A stretch of DNA of 62,816 nt, filler included, from Anaerolineae bacterium (lineage in GTDB: Bacteria; Chloroflexota; Anaerolineae; Epilineales; Epilineaceae): assembly GCA_029262755.1 (NCBI GenBank). It is 4 parts of 4 records of this genome, joined end to end, with 100 filler letters (N's around TTAATTAATTAA, not from the genome) between each part and the next. Parts side by side here need not be neighbours in the genome. Positions count along the whole stretch, not along the records: positions 30,132 to 51,659 come from JAJCYU010000338.1; 3 more parts are not named here. One strand, given 5' to 3'. The position numbers and the translations under genes were made by a program. The notes under the pieces were generated by a model. It was not told where the DNA came from, did not search any database, and saw only the letters and a list, made by a program, of their open reading frames with translations. Positions 32,578 to 41,298 of this stretch are shown here, one piece after another. Each line of letters opens with the position of its first letter. The first letter of the stretch is position 1.

Positions 32578-32852
32578 GGGGAGTCCTTCCTTCTTGATCG
32601 CTTGCGGGGTCGCCGGCGCGAGGGGAGTTCCGGCCGACGGTGAACGCGCGGCGTGCATAGCAGGTCCGTCACGCGTCGTTCGGCTTGATTGCACGAGGAG
32701 TCAAAGGGCGAGTTGGGGCTAGAGGATAGACGAGCATGCGCGGGGAAACAGTCTGTTTACACGCTGGTGATCGCGTCGAACGACGTGAAACGTGAAACAT
32801 GAATGCACCGTGCGAGCGCGGGGCCATGACCACCACACATGCATTCCGCCGG

Positions 32853-35800
32853 CTACCGGTCGCGCGGTGCCTCGCGACACGGGTTGCCCACGTAGCGCCT
32901 TCCGGCCGGTAAGTGCTCGTGCTTCATCACGATCCCGTGCGGCTCCACGACCGTGCCCTGTCCCACGTGCGCACCGTAGAACACCACGGTCGAAGGCCCG
33001 ACGGTGGCGCCGCGCGCGATGCGAAGATGGTCGATCTTGAGGACGCGGTCCTCGAAGCTATGCGCCTGGAACTGGCAGTCCACCGTGGAACCGTCCCCGA
33101 AGTGCAGCATGTCGGGATCGACGACCTGCACGAAGCCGCCGCCAAGCGCCACGCGTTTGCCGATGTCCATCCCGGTTAGCCGCAGATAGGCGTTGAGCAG
33201 CAGGGTGCCGTCGATCGCCTGCAGGACGGCGCGCGCCCATATGTCCCACGCGACGTACAGGAAATCCCAACGCGCGCACCAACACGACCAGAACGCGTGC
33301 TGCCCTGGCCGAACTCTGCCGAGCAGGCCCCACTTCAGCGCGAGGATGGCCAGACAGGGGACCGCCAGCGCGGCCAGCGAGAGAACCGGTAACGCGAGCC
33401 CGTAGAGCGCCATGGCCGACATGCGCTGCGCGGCGGCGCTCGCCAACACGAACCACAGGGCCAGCACCAGCAGCGGCGGCCCAGGCAGCACCACGCGCAG
33501 GCCTTCGAAGATGAGCCTTGTCAGACGGCGCGCGAGCTGCGGTTCGTGGGTCAGCCGGCGGTCCGCGCTCACCTGCTCACGCCGCGGCAACGCGAATGGC
33601 GGATGTCCGAACCACGCGCTGTCCGGGCGGACGAGATCCGCGTCTGCGACCGTCGACACGGCGATAAAGAGGTCGTCCGGCCAGCGTTCTCCGCTGGGCA
33701 CGTAGCAGTGGTTGGCCAGGAAGGTGCGCGCCCCGATCGTAGTCGCCCGCAGCTCGACCACACCACGGTCGATCCGCGGACCTGCGAGATAGACGCCGTC
33801 CGCAAAGAAGCTCTCTTCACCGATGTGCACCGTCTCCGGCACAACGTCGATGATGGTGCTGATCTCACAGCCGCGGCCGATCCGCATGCCTGCCAGGCGC
33901 AGCCACGGTGGCCAGGCCAGGGAACCGCTCAGCCAACGCCCCGCCCGCTCGAGCTGCTCCATCTTGAGCCAGATCGGGATGGCAGCGGTGCTCCAGAGGC
34001 CGTAGCGACCCGGCTCCATCCGCCCCATTCCTCGGATCAACGCGGCGCGCAGCAACAACGACGTCACCAGCGCGAATGCCGCGTAGACGGTAGCGGCCAA
34101 CACCCATGCTACCCCAAGCCGCGGTGACGCAATCCACGCGAGCACAGCCGCAGACGCATCGGGCACGATGAAGCTTGCGACCAGCAAGGGTGCGAGCACG
34201 GAAAGCGCGATGATCTCGCCCACGAGCAGCCGCGCCCCGAGCAGCAGCGCAGCGTGACGCCAGGGGTGGTTGGGAGGGGGCGCGGCCGTCGTCGCTACGC
34301 GCTCCACCGGTCGCGCGGGCACGCCGTCCCAGCGCTCGCCCGAGGGGATCGCAGCGTCGCCGGGCAACCACGAGAGGGCGGTTAGCGTGGCCCCTTCCCC
34401 CATCGACGCGCCCGGCGCAAGGCCCGCACGCGTTTCGAGCACGGCCCCCTTGCCGAGGACGACCGGCGCCAGCACGAGGCAGCCGTCGCGCAGTTCGACC
34501 GTGCGCGGCGCCGCGTCGCGACCGAGCACGGCGCCGTCGCCCAGCTCGAGCAGGTCCCACGCCCCGCCGCCGAGCGCGGCGCCCCGGTGCACGAAGACAC
34601 CACGCCCGACCCGTGCTCCCAACAGACGCAGGACGAAGGGCGCGAGCTCGGTCCCTGCCAGCAGGCCCCAAGGAATCGCGGCGGCGCTGCGCGCAACGAG
34701 CCAGTGGCGCAGGTAATGCGGGCTCCACATGGGGATGACGCCGGGCTCGTAGCGTCCAACCAGCACCCGCTTCATCGCAACTGCCCACAGGACGGACAGG
34801 ACGAGGCCGAGGACGCTCGCAAGCGGCGCGAGCAGCCAAAGCGCGAGAAGGATCAACCCCGGGTTCCACGTCGTGGGGACGGCCGTTGCGATCGTGGTGA
34901 TCAACCACCACGCGACCCCGCCGCCGACCGCCACCGCCGCCGCGACGATCGCGCCCTGGGTCGCGGTCGAACGCCGTACCTGCGCATCGTCCGGCCGGCC
35001 TGCATCGGCATCGGCATCGACCGCCGAGGGTGCGCCGCGGACGACGCGGAGGAGGCGGCCCGCGAAGGGTGCGTGAGCCGGGGTTGCGGCGGAGCCGGTC
35101 GATGTCGCGATCGTCGTTGTCGCGACGGCCGTGGTCGCGGCGGCGCGGCGGGCGGGCGTCGCGCGATCGGCGGTCGGGGCGAGGACGGTGGTCGACGCTT
35201 GATGGGTGTTCGCGACGCGGTCGGCGGTCGACACTGGATCGGAGATCGCTACGCGTTCGGCGGTCGCGACCCGGTCGGTGGTCGCCCCTGCCGCGGCGAT
35301 CGATGAGCGATCGGGGATCGTCGCGGCATCCGTGGTCGGCGCGACATCGTCGATCGGTGTCCCCCCCTCGGTCGTCGCGACCGGCAGGGACGGCGCGTGG
35401 CCGACGGTCGCGCGATCGTCGTCGGGGGCCGCCCGCATCAGCGCGGCTTGTCGTGATGCGAGCCCGGCGATCGTCGGGGCGGCGTAGAGATCGCGTACGG
35501 ACGGCACGGTCATGCCCGGCGCCGGCTCTACGCGCAGCCGCGTAATGACCCCGACCGCGCTCAGGGAATCGCCGCCCAGGTCGGTGAAGAAGTCGGCGTC
35601 GCGGTTCAACGAGTCCGACGGGAGATCGAGGGCCGCGGCGAACGCGGCGGCGAGCGTGTGCTCGAGCGTTCCGCGCGGCGGGTCGCTGAGTTCGGGACCG
35701 ACGGCGCTGTGCGGATCGATGTCGGGCAGCCGGCGGCGGTCGAGCTTGCCGCCGATGCCGGTCGGCAGGCGCTCCGCGGTACGCCAGAGTGTCGGCACCA

Positions 35801-37262
35801 TGTAGGCCGGCAGGCGGGCCTCCAAGGTGGCGCGGTGGGCCGCGACGTTCAGCCCGGTCGCTGGGTCCGCGAGCACGAGGTGCGCGGCAAGCCGTTGCGC
35901 GCCGCCCGTGCCTTGGACGCGGCACGCGGCCGCCCGGACACCGTCCAACGCGGCAAGGCTCGCCTCGACGGCGCCGAGCTCCACGCGGTAGCCGCGCAGC
36001 TTGACCTGGCCGTCGATGCGGCCGAGGAAGACATGATCGCCACTCTCTTCGCGAACAACTCGGTCGCCGGTGCGGTAGATGCGGCCTAGCCCGGGAAGCG
36101 TCGGGAATCGCTCTTCGGTCAGCGCCGGGCGCCCGAGATAGCCGCGGGCCAGGCTGTCGCCCGCGATGCACAGCTCGCCCTCTTCGCCGGGCGGCGTCGC
36201 CCGCCCTTCCTCGTCGAGCACGTGGGCGCGGCTGCCGGGCACGGCGCGTCCGATGGTGACTGGCTGATCCGGCGCCACTTCTGCGCGCATCACGACCACG
36301 CTGCACTCTGTCGGCCCGTAGCCGTTGACCATGCGCGGCCCACGCGCCCAGCGCGACGCCACGTCGGGCGTCAGGGCCTCGCCGCCGACGTAGAGCAGGC
36401 GCAGATCCGGCACTTCCGCACGAGGGTCGACCTCGCCCATCGCGCGCAGGAGCGTAGGCGGCGGGCAGAGCACGTTGATCGCTTGGCGTCGCAGCCAGGG
36501 TGCCAGGTCCGGCCCGAGCCGCACGGTCTCGTCATCCATGGGCACGAGCGTCGCGCCCACGGCGAAGGCCAACCAGGTCTCCTCGATCGAAGAGTCATAG
36601 GCCGGCGAGCTGAGCTGCGCGACGCGGGCGCCTGGACCAAGCCCGAAGTACGCCACGTTGCCCGCCACGAGCCGATCGATACTGCGATGTTCGATCATCA
36701 CGCCCTTGGGCGCACCGGTCGTACCGGAGGTGTAGATCACGTACGCGAGATCGCGATCGCTGCGGGGTGGGTGCGGATGGTCGGCCGGCCGATCGACGTC
36801 GACCGCGTCGATCGGCGTGCTCGACTCCGATCGTTGCAATTCGGGCGCACCGGCCCCCTCCGGATCCACCACGATCACGCGCATGTTTCCTGGTCTACCG
36901 CGCGACATCAGGCGTTCGGCGCCCGCGGCGTCCGTGATGGCCGCGACCGGGCCGGCGTTGGTCACGACGGCGTGCAGGTGCTCATCCGGGAAGCGGGGGT
37001 CGAGGCATAGAAAAGCGCCGCCAACCCGGTTCGCCGCGAGCTGCGCCGCGTAGAGCGCCGGCTGTTCGCGGGCGAGCAGGATGACGATGCGCGCGTCCGG
37101 CGCGACGCGGCCGCCGAGCGCATCCGCGAGGCGGAGCGCGTCGGCCCAGAGCTCACGGTAGGTGCGTGATCGCGGGGCACCTGCCCCGCCCGCGGGCACC
37201 TCGACGGCGACGGCGTCGGGCAGGCGGGCGGCGGTCGCGGCAAATCGTTCGTCGAGGAGCAC
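32853..37262 (-). CDS. Pls/PosA-family single-module membrane NRPS (A-T plus three TM/beta-helix-like repeats)
   Basis: YTSGTTGAPKGV, NGYGPTE, YRTGD, GRIDGQVKLRGYRVELG, PCP motif LGGDSL. Three units of TM pair followed by LRL.G.xIG...W.GxP. No C or TE domain. Confidence 0.9.
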   Translation of the reverse strand: MLLDERFAATAARLPDAVAVEVPAGGAGAPRSRTYRELWADALRLADALGGRVAPDARIVILLAREQPALYAAQLAANRVGGAFLCLDPRFPDEHLHAVVTNAGPVAAITDAAGAERLMSRGRPGNMRVIVVDPEGAGAPELQRSESSTPIDAVDVDRPADHPHPPRSDRDLAYVIYTSGTTGAPKGVMIEHRSIDRLVAGNVAYFGLGPGARVAQLSSPAYDSSIEETWLAFAVGATLVPMDDETVRLGPDLAPWLRRQAINVLCPPPTLLRAMGEVDPRAEVPDLRLLYVGGEALTPDVASRWARGPRMVNGYGPTECSVVVMRAEVAPDQPVTIGRAVPGSRAHVLDEEGRATPPGEEGELCIAGDSLARGYLGRPALTEERFPTLPGLGRIYRTGDRVVREESGDHVFLGRIDGQVKLRGYRVELGAVEASLAALDGVRAAACRVQGTGGAQRLAAHLVLADPATGLNVAAHRATLEARLPAYMVPTLWRTAERLPTGIGGKLDRRRLPDIDPHSAVGPELSDPPRGTLEHTLAAAFAAALDLPSDSLNRDADFFTDLGGDSLSAVGVITRLRVEPAPGMTVPSVRDLYAAPTIAGLASRQAALMRAAPDDDRATVGHAPSLPVATTEGGTPIDDVAPTTDAATIPDRSSIAAAGATTDRVATAERVAISDPVSTADRVANTHQASTTVLAPTADRATPARRAAATTAVATTTIATSTGSAATPAHAPFAGRLLRVVRGAPSAVDADADAGRPDDAQVRRSTATQGAIVAAAVAVGGGVAWWLITTIATAVPTTWNPGLILLALWLLAPLASVLGLVLSVLWAVAMKRVLVGRYEPGVIPMWSPHYLRHWLVARSAAAIPWGLLAGTELAPFVLRLLGARVGRGVFVHRGAALGGGAWDLLELGDGAVLGRDAAPRTVELRDGCLVLAPVVLGKGAVLETRAGLAPGASMGEGATLTALSWLPGDAAIPSGERWDGVPARPVERVATTAAPPPNHPWRHAALLLGARLLVGEIIALSVLAPLLVASFIVPDASAAVLAWIASPRLGVAWVLAATVYAAFALVTSLLLRAALIRGMGRMEPGRYGLWSTAAIPIWLKMEQLERAGRWLSGSLAWPPWLRLAGMRIGRGCEISTIIDVVPETVHIGEESFFADGVYLAGPRIDRGVVELRATTIGARTFLANHCYVPSGERWPDDLFIAVSTVADADLVRPDSAWFGHPPFALPRREQVSADRRLTHEPQLARRLTRLIFEGLRVVLPGPPLLVLALWFVLASAAAQRMSAMALYGLALPVLSLAALAVPCLAILALKWGLLGRVRPGQHAFWSCWCARWDFLYVAWDIWARAVLQAIDGTLLLNAYLRLTGMDIGKRVALGGGFVQVVDPDMLHFGDGSTVDCQFQAHSFEDRVLKIDHLRIARGATVGPSTVVFYGAHVGQGTVVEPHGIVMKHEHLPAGRRYVGNPCREAPRDR

Positions 37263-37482
37263 GGGCCTGCCTTGGTCGGGTTTGGGTGCGGGGGCGGTCG
37301 GCCCTGTAATGCGCCGGACGAGAGCGCGGCCGCCCCTAGTCCGCGGGAGACCTAGCGTCCCTGCATCGGTCGGGTTAGAGTCGCATGGTGGCCGAATTCA
37401 CGGTGCCGGGACAACGCGAACGTCGAGGGAGCCTCCGGTGGACGACCAAGAGCGAGACGAGGATGCGGACGAGGACGGAGCC

Positions 37483-37992
37483 ATGAAATCGTCCACCGGC
37501 ATTCGCATGCGCGCCGCGCAACGAGCCGACCTCGATTCGATCCAGCGCCTAACCCACGCGACGACGATGCACAGCTACGCGCCCTTTCTGGGCGAGGAAT
37601 CGGTGCGCGCCTTCTTGGACTCCGGCGAAGCCGAACGCGTCGTCCAGGAGCATCTCGCGACCGCGTGGGTGATCGAGGACGATGAGGGGCTGGCCGGCGT
37701 CGCCGTGGCCGAAGGCGCGGTGATCGGCCAGTTGATGATCGACCATCATCGCCATCGTCGCGGCCTTGGCTCGCAGCTCCTGGACTATGTCGAAACGCGG
37801 CTCTTCGCGCATCACGCCACCCTGGAACTCCACAGCTTCGCGGCCAACGAGGTCGCAAACGGCTTCTACCGAGCGACGGGCTGGAGCGAGGCGCAGCGAC
37901 GACCGGATTCCGATACCGGGATCGACATGATCGTGTTTCGCAAGAGACGGGGGAACGCGACAGCGGACGCCCGTACGGGCACGGCGGGATAG
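37483..37992 (+). CDS. GNAT-family N-acetyltransferase
   Basis: RRRGLGSQLL acetyl-CoA motif, N..A.GFYRATGW, RBS GACGGAG. Confidence 0.88.
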   Translation: MKSSTGIRMRAAQRADLDSIQRLTHATTMHSYAPFLGEESVRAFLDSGEAERVVQEHLATAWVIEDDEGLAGVAVAEGAVIGQLMIDHHRHRRGLGSQLLDYVETRLFAHHATLELHSFAANEVANGFYRATGWSEAQRRPDSDTGIDMIVFRKRRGNATADARTGTAG

Positions 37993-38041
37993 CGTCGGCG
38001 GGCGTCAAGAACGTCGACCCGAAGCAGCGGAGGCGTCGCGA

Positions 38042-38530
38042 TTAGTCCTTGTTGCTCCGGCGGCGCATGTCCATGCCCGGTATGGCCTCGATGGATCCGA
38101 AGCGCTCCACGAACTCGCGGAGGATCTCGCTGGCGGTCACCACGCCGACGAGCTTGCCGTCCTCGACGATGGGCAGCGTGCTGATGCCCTGCTCGAGCAT
38201 GAGGTGGGCGGCCGCGTCGATCGTGGTCTCCGGCTTCACCTTGTACACGTAGCTGGTCATCGAACCCTTGACAGGCGGCGGATCGCCGATGGCCTCAGCC
38301 ATGGCGGCGCGCGCCTGGCTGCGGGAGAGCATGCCGACCAGGCGCGAGTCACGGTTCACGACAGCCAAACACGTGGACTTGCGGTCGATCATCGCGCGGA
38401 TCGCGAAGTCGAGGCCCATGTTGGGGTCGATCGCGGGCACGTCGTGGGTCATGATCGTGGAAACCGCGGGGAGAGCGAGCTTTTGGGCCGCGGGGCCTGA
38501 CACGTCGTTCTGCGGGGACTCATCAGTCAT
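38042..38530 (-). CDS. CBS-pair domain protein
   Basis: VSTIMT...LAVV...LVGMLS and VKGSMT...LPIVEDGKLVGVVT. Confidence 0.9.
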   Translation of the reverse strand: MTDESPQNDVSGPAAQKLALPAVSTIMTHDVPAIDPNMGLDFAIRAMIDRKSTCLAVVNRDSRLVGMLSRSQARAAMAEAIGDPPPVKGSMTSYVYKVKPETTIDAAAHLMLEQGISTLPIVEDGKLVGVVTASEILREFVERFGSIEAIPGMDMRRRSNKD

Positions 38531-38917
38531 CGGGATTTTCCTCTGGGGACCAGTTTTTTTCGGGCCATGCCGGGTGCGAGTGCACCCGGCGGGGGGGCGG
38601 CGAATCGTATGCCCGGTGAATGGCTATCACGGACACATTGTTGGCCGGCTCACGATACACCGTCCCGCGTCCACGGGCACCGTCCGGCCTCGCGCATAGC
38701 TTGCATCGACCTCGAGCAAGGGCCCCTGGCGCCGTCCCGGTGGCCACGATCTGCCTCTACGCACGGTCCGGCGACAATGGCGATCCCAAGGACTCGGTGA
38801 TACCGTGTTTGGTGGGCCTTTCCCTGCCGGCCCGAGCTGTTCGACAATCGAATCGAAGCGTCCGGGCCACGTCGCTCCCCTGCGTACATTCACCCGTGGA
38901 CGCCGGAGGAGGACCAC

Positions 38918-41251
38918 ATGGCCGCGCTCTTGGGACCAACACGCCGCATGCATGCGGTGTTACGCTTCGTATTCGCGTTCACGTTCGCCTTGGCGGCGGC
39001 CATGGGCATCGTCAAGCTCGATCAGCTGACGGCTGACCCGCCGGACTTTGAGCAGGCCTGTCTGGACGGCGATCCCTACTACGTCGTCGCCGCATTGCGT
39101 GCCCAATCGGGACGTGGGCGGCAGCCGGACACCCGGGCACCTTCAATCGTGCTCGTCCGCGACACGCCGAACGACAGCCCGCAATACGAGCTGGCCAGCT
39201 TCGGCGACACGGGCGCCGTGTTCGGCCTCGCATACAACCGCAACGAGCCGGCCGTGTACGCCGGCACCTTTCGCAAACGCAGCATGCCCTTCGGCAAGGG
39301 TGGCGCGGGCGGCATTTATCGCGTCGATCTGCGCACCGGGGAGACCGATCTCTGGGCGCAGGTGCCCGACGCGGGTAGCCAGACCGGTAGCCGTATGGCC
39401 GATGGCAAGCGCGACCACGACGAGAACGCGGCACGTGAGGTAGGTAAGGAAGCCCTGGGCGATGTCGAGATCGACGACGCCGGCACGCAGCTCTTCACGG
39501 TCAACCTGCTCAACCGCAAAATTTATCGATACGACCTTGCCACGGCCACGATCCTGAGTGAGTTCGAGATGGGCGCCATGCAAGAATCGTGGGGTAAGTC
39601 GGCCGGCCGGCCTTTCGGCCTGGCCTGGCACCAAGGCCGCCTATATCACGGCGTGGTCAACAGCCGCGGTACGGCCGGGAACATGGTGGCCGTCGTATAC
39701 AGCTCACTGCCGGATGGATCGGATATGCGCACGGTGGCCAACATCGACCTGCGCTACCGTCGCGACGGCGTGCGCCTGCGTGAAGTTTCCGGTAGCCAGA
39801 CGGGCTGGCGCGCGTGGTCCGACGAAACGGAGCGCACTGAGGACGCTCGTGGCCGGCCGCAGATCCACCGTCCTCAGGCGATACTGACCGATCTGGCCTT
39901 CACACATGAGGGAGCCATGGTCGTGGGGCTGCGCGACCGGCATTGGGACATCTCGCTGCAGTGGATTCGCGACGAGGCGATGGCCGTCTCCACCGTCCAT
40001 GCCGGGCTCCCGACGGCAACGCCCATGTCACCGCCGGGTGACACGATCATGTCCGAAGAGGGCCTCGGCTTCGGCGACCTCTTGTTGGGCACCATCGTGC
40101 AGGACCCGGAAGCAGAGAACGACTCGTGGGCCTTCGAGCCCGCGCCCGAGCATTTCGACGATACGAACGCGCTGCGCCACGACGAGTCCGCGATGGGCGG
40201 CGTGGCGTGGGTGCCCTATACGGACAAGATCGTCGCGACGAGCTTCGGTGTGAAGCGCGCGTCGCGCGACACGCTGGGCTACGAGGGCGTGTATTGGTAC
40301 GAGCTGGCGTCCGGCAACCAGGTCGGTGATGAGACGGTAGGCGCGCCTGGATTCACACAGCCCTACGAGCCCCAAGGCGGCGGGCCGCTGAAGGTCTGGG
40401 CGCACGGCCCGTTCGAAGAGACGACATACACGTGGGAGTACTACAGCGATATCGGCAGCCTGGGCGATGTCGAGACGCTCTGTGTCTATGAACCGCCGCC
40501 GCCCACGCCCACCCAGACCCCGCTGCCCACCGATACGCCCGCGGTGACCGACACGCCGACCGACGTGCCCACCGAGCCGGCGACGGCAACGCCGACCAAC
40601 ACCGCAACCCCGATTCCAACCGATACCTCGACGCCGATCCCGCCGGCCTACCTGCCGATCTCGCTACGTGAACGCTGCACGCCGGATCGCGCGAAGGCGG
40701 ACACCGTCCTCGTGCTCGACAACTCGTCGAGCATGACCGGTGACAAGATCGAAGCCGCACGCAACGCGGCCCTGGCCTTCCTGCGTGCCGTCGACATCGG
40801 CAACGACCAGGTCGGCGTCGTCGTCTTCAGCGCCGAGGCGGAGATCATCAGCCCGCTCAGCGGCGACGGCGCTGCGCTTGATGCCGCGATTCGCGGCATC
40901 GAGCCCGGCTTTGGGACGCGCATCGGTAGCGGCCTCGAGGCGGCGCGTACCGTCCTGGCCGGGCCGGAGCGCAAGCCGGAAAACACGCCCATGATCATCC
41001 TGCTCACCGACGGCATCCAGATGGACGATCCCGATCGGCCGCAAGATATGGCGGCGGAGATCCGCGCTTCACGCGTGGAACTCTACATCGTCGGCCTGGG
41101 CGAGGATGTCGATGTTTCGTACCTGGAGCAGATGGCGGGCGATCCCGACAAACTGCGGCTTTCGCCCGGTCCGGGCGACCTGGCTGCCATCTACGAAGAG
41201 ATCGCGCGGCTGATCCCGTGCGCGCCGGAGGCCTTCTGGGGCAAGCGCTAG
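38918..41251 (+). CDS. Secreted beta-propeller-like protein with Pro/Thr linker and C-terminal VWA domain
   Basis: RBS GGAGGAGG, signal/TM segment, GAVFGLAY...GGIYRVD, PT-rich linker, MIDAS LVLDNSSSM and IILLTDG. Confidence 0.85.
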   Translation: MAALLGPTRRMHAVLRFVFAFTFALAAAMGIVKLDQLTADPPDFEQACLDGDPYYVVAALRAQSGRGRQPDTRAPSIVLVRDTPNDSPQYELASFGDTGAVFGLAYNRNEPAVYAGTFRKRSMPFGKGGAGGIYRVDLRTGETDLWAQVPDAGSQTGSRMADGKRDHDENAAREVGKEALGDVEIDDAGTQLFTVNLLNRKIYRYDLATATILSEFEMGAMQESWGKSAGRPFGLAWHQGRLYHGVVNSRGTAGNMVAVVYSSLPDGSDMRTVANIDLRYRRDGVRLREVSGSQTGWRAWSDETERTEDARGRPQIHRPQAILTDLAFTHEGAMVVGLRDRHWDISLQWIRDEAMAVSTVHAGLPTATPMSPPGDTIMSEEGLGFGDLLLGTIVQDPEAENDSWAFEPAPEHFDDTNALRHDESAMGGVAWVPYTDKIVATSFGVKRASRDTLGYEGVYWYELASGNQVGDETVGAPGFTQPYEPQGGGPLKVWAHGPFEETTYTWEYYSDIGSLGDVETLCVYEPPPPTPTQTPLPTDTPAVTDTPTDVPTEPATATPTNTATPIPTDTSTPIPPAYLPISLRERCTPDRAKADTVLVLDNSSSMTGDKIEAARNAALAFLRAVDIGNDQVGVVVFSAEAEIISPLSGDGAALDAAIRGIEPGFGTRIGSGLEAARTVLAGPERKPENTPMIILLTDGIQMDDPDRPQDMAAEIRASRVELYIVGLGEDVDVSYLEQMAGDPDKLRLSPGPGDLAAIYEEIARLIPCAPEAFWGKR

Positions 41252-41298
41252 CGTGAGCAGCATTCACGATAAAGCCCGCGGCGCGAGGGCCTGAGCCC

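Noticed and set aside
33865..36306. 813-aa alternative-frame ORF, and similar long shadow ORFs (14632-16356, 27264-29321, 43551-45221, 55765-57285)
   Set aside because: Arg/Pro/Gly-rich or antisense translations overlapping well-supported genes, as expected in high-GC DNA.
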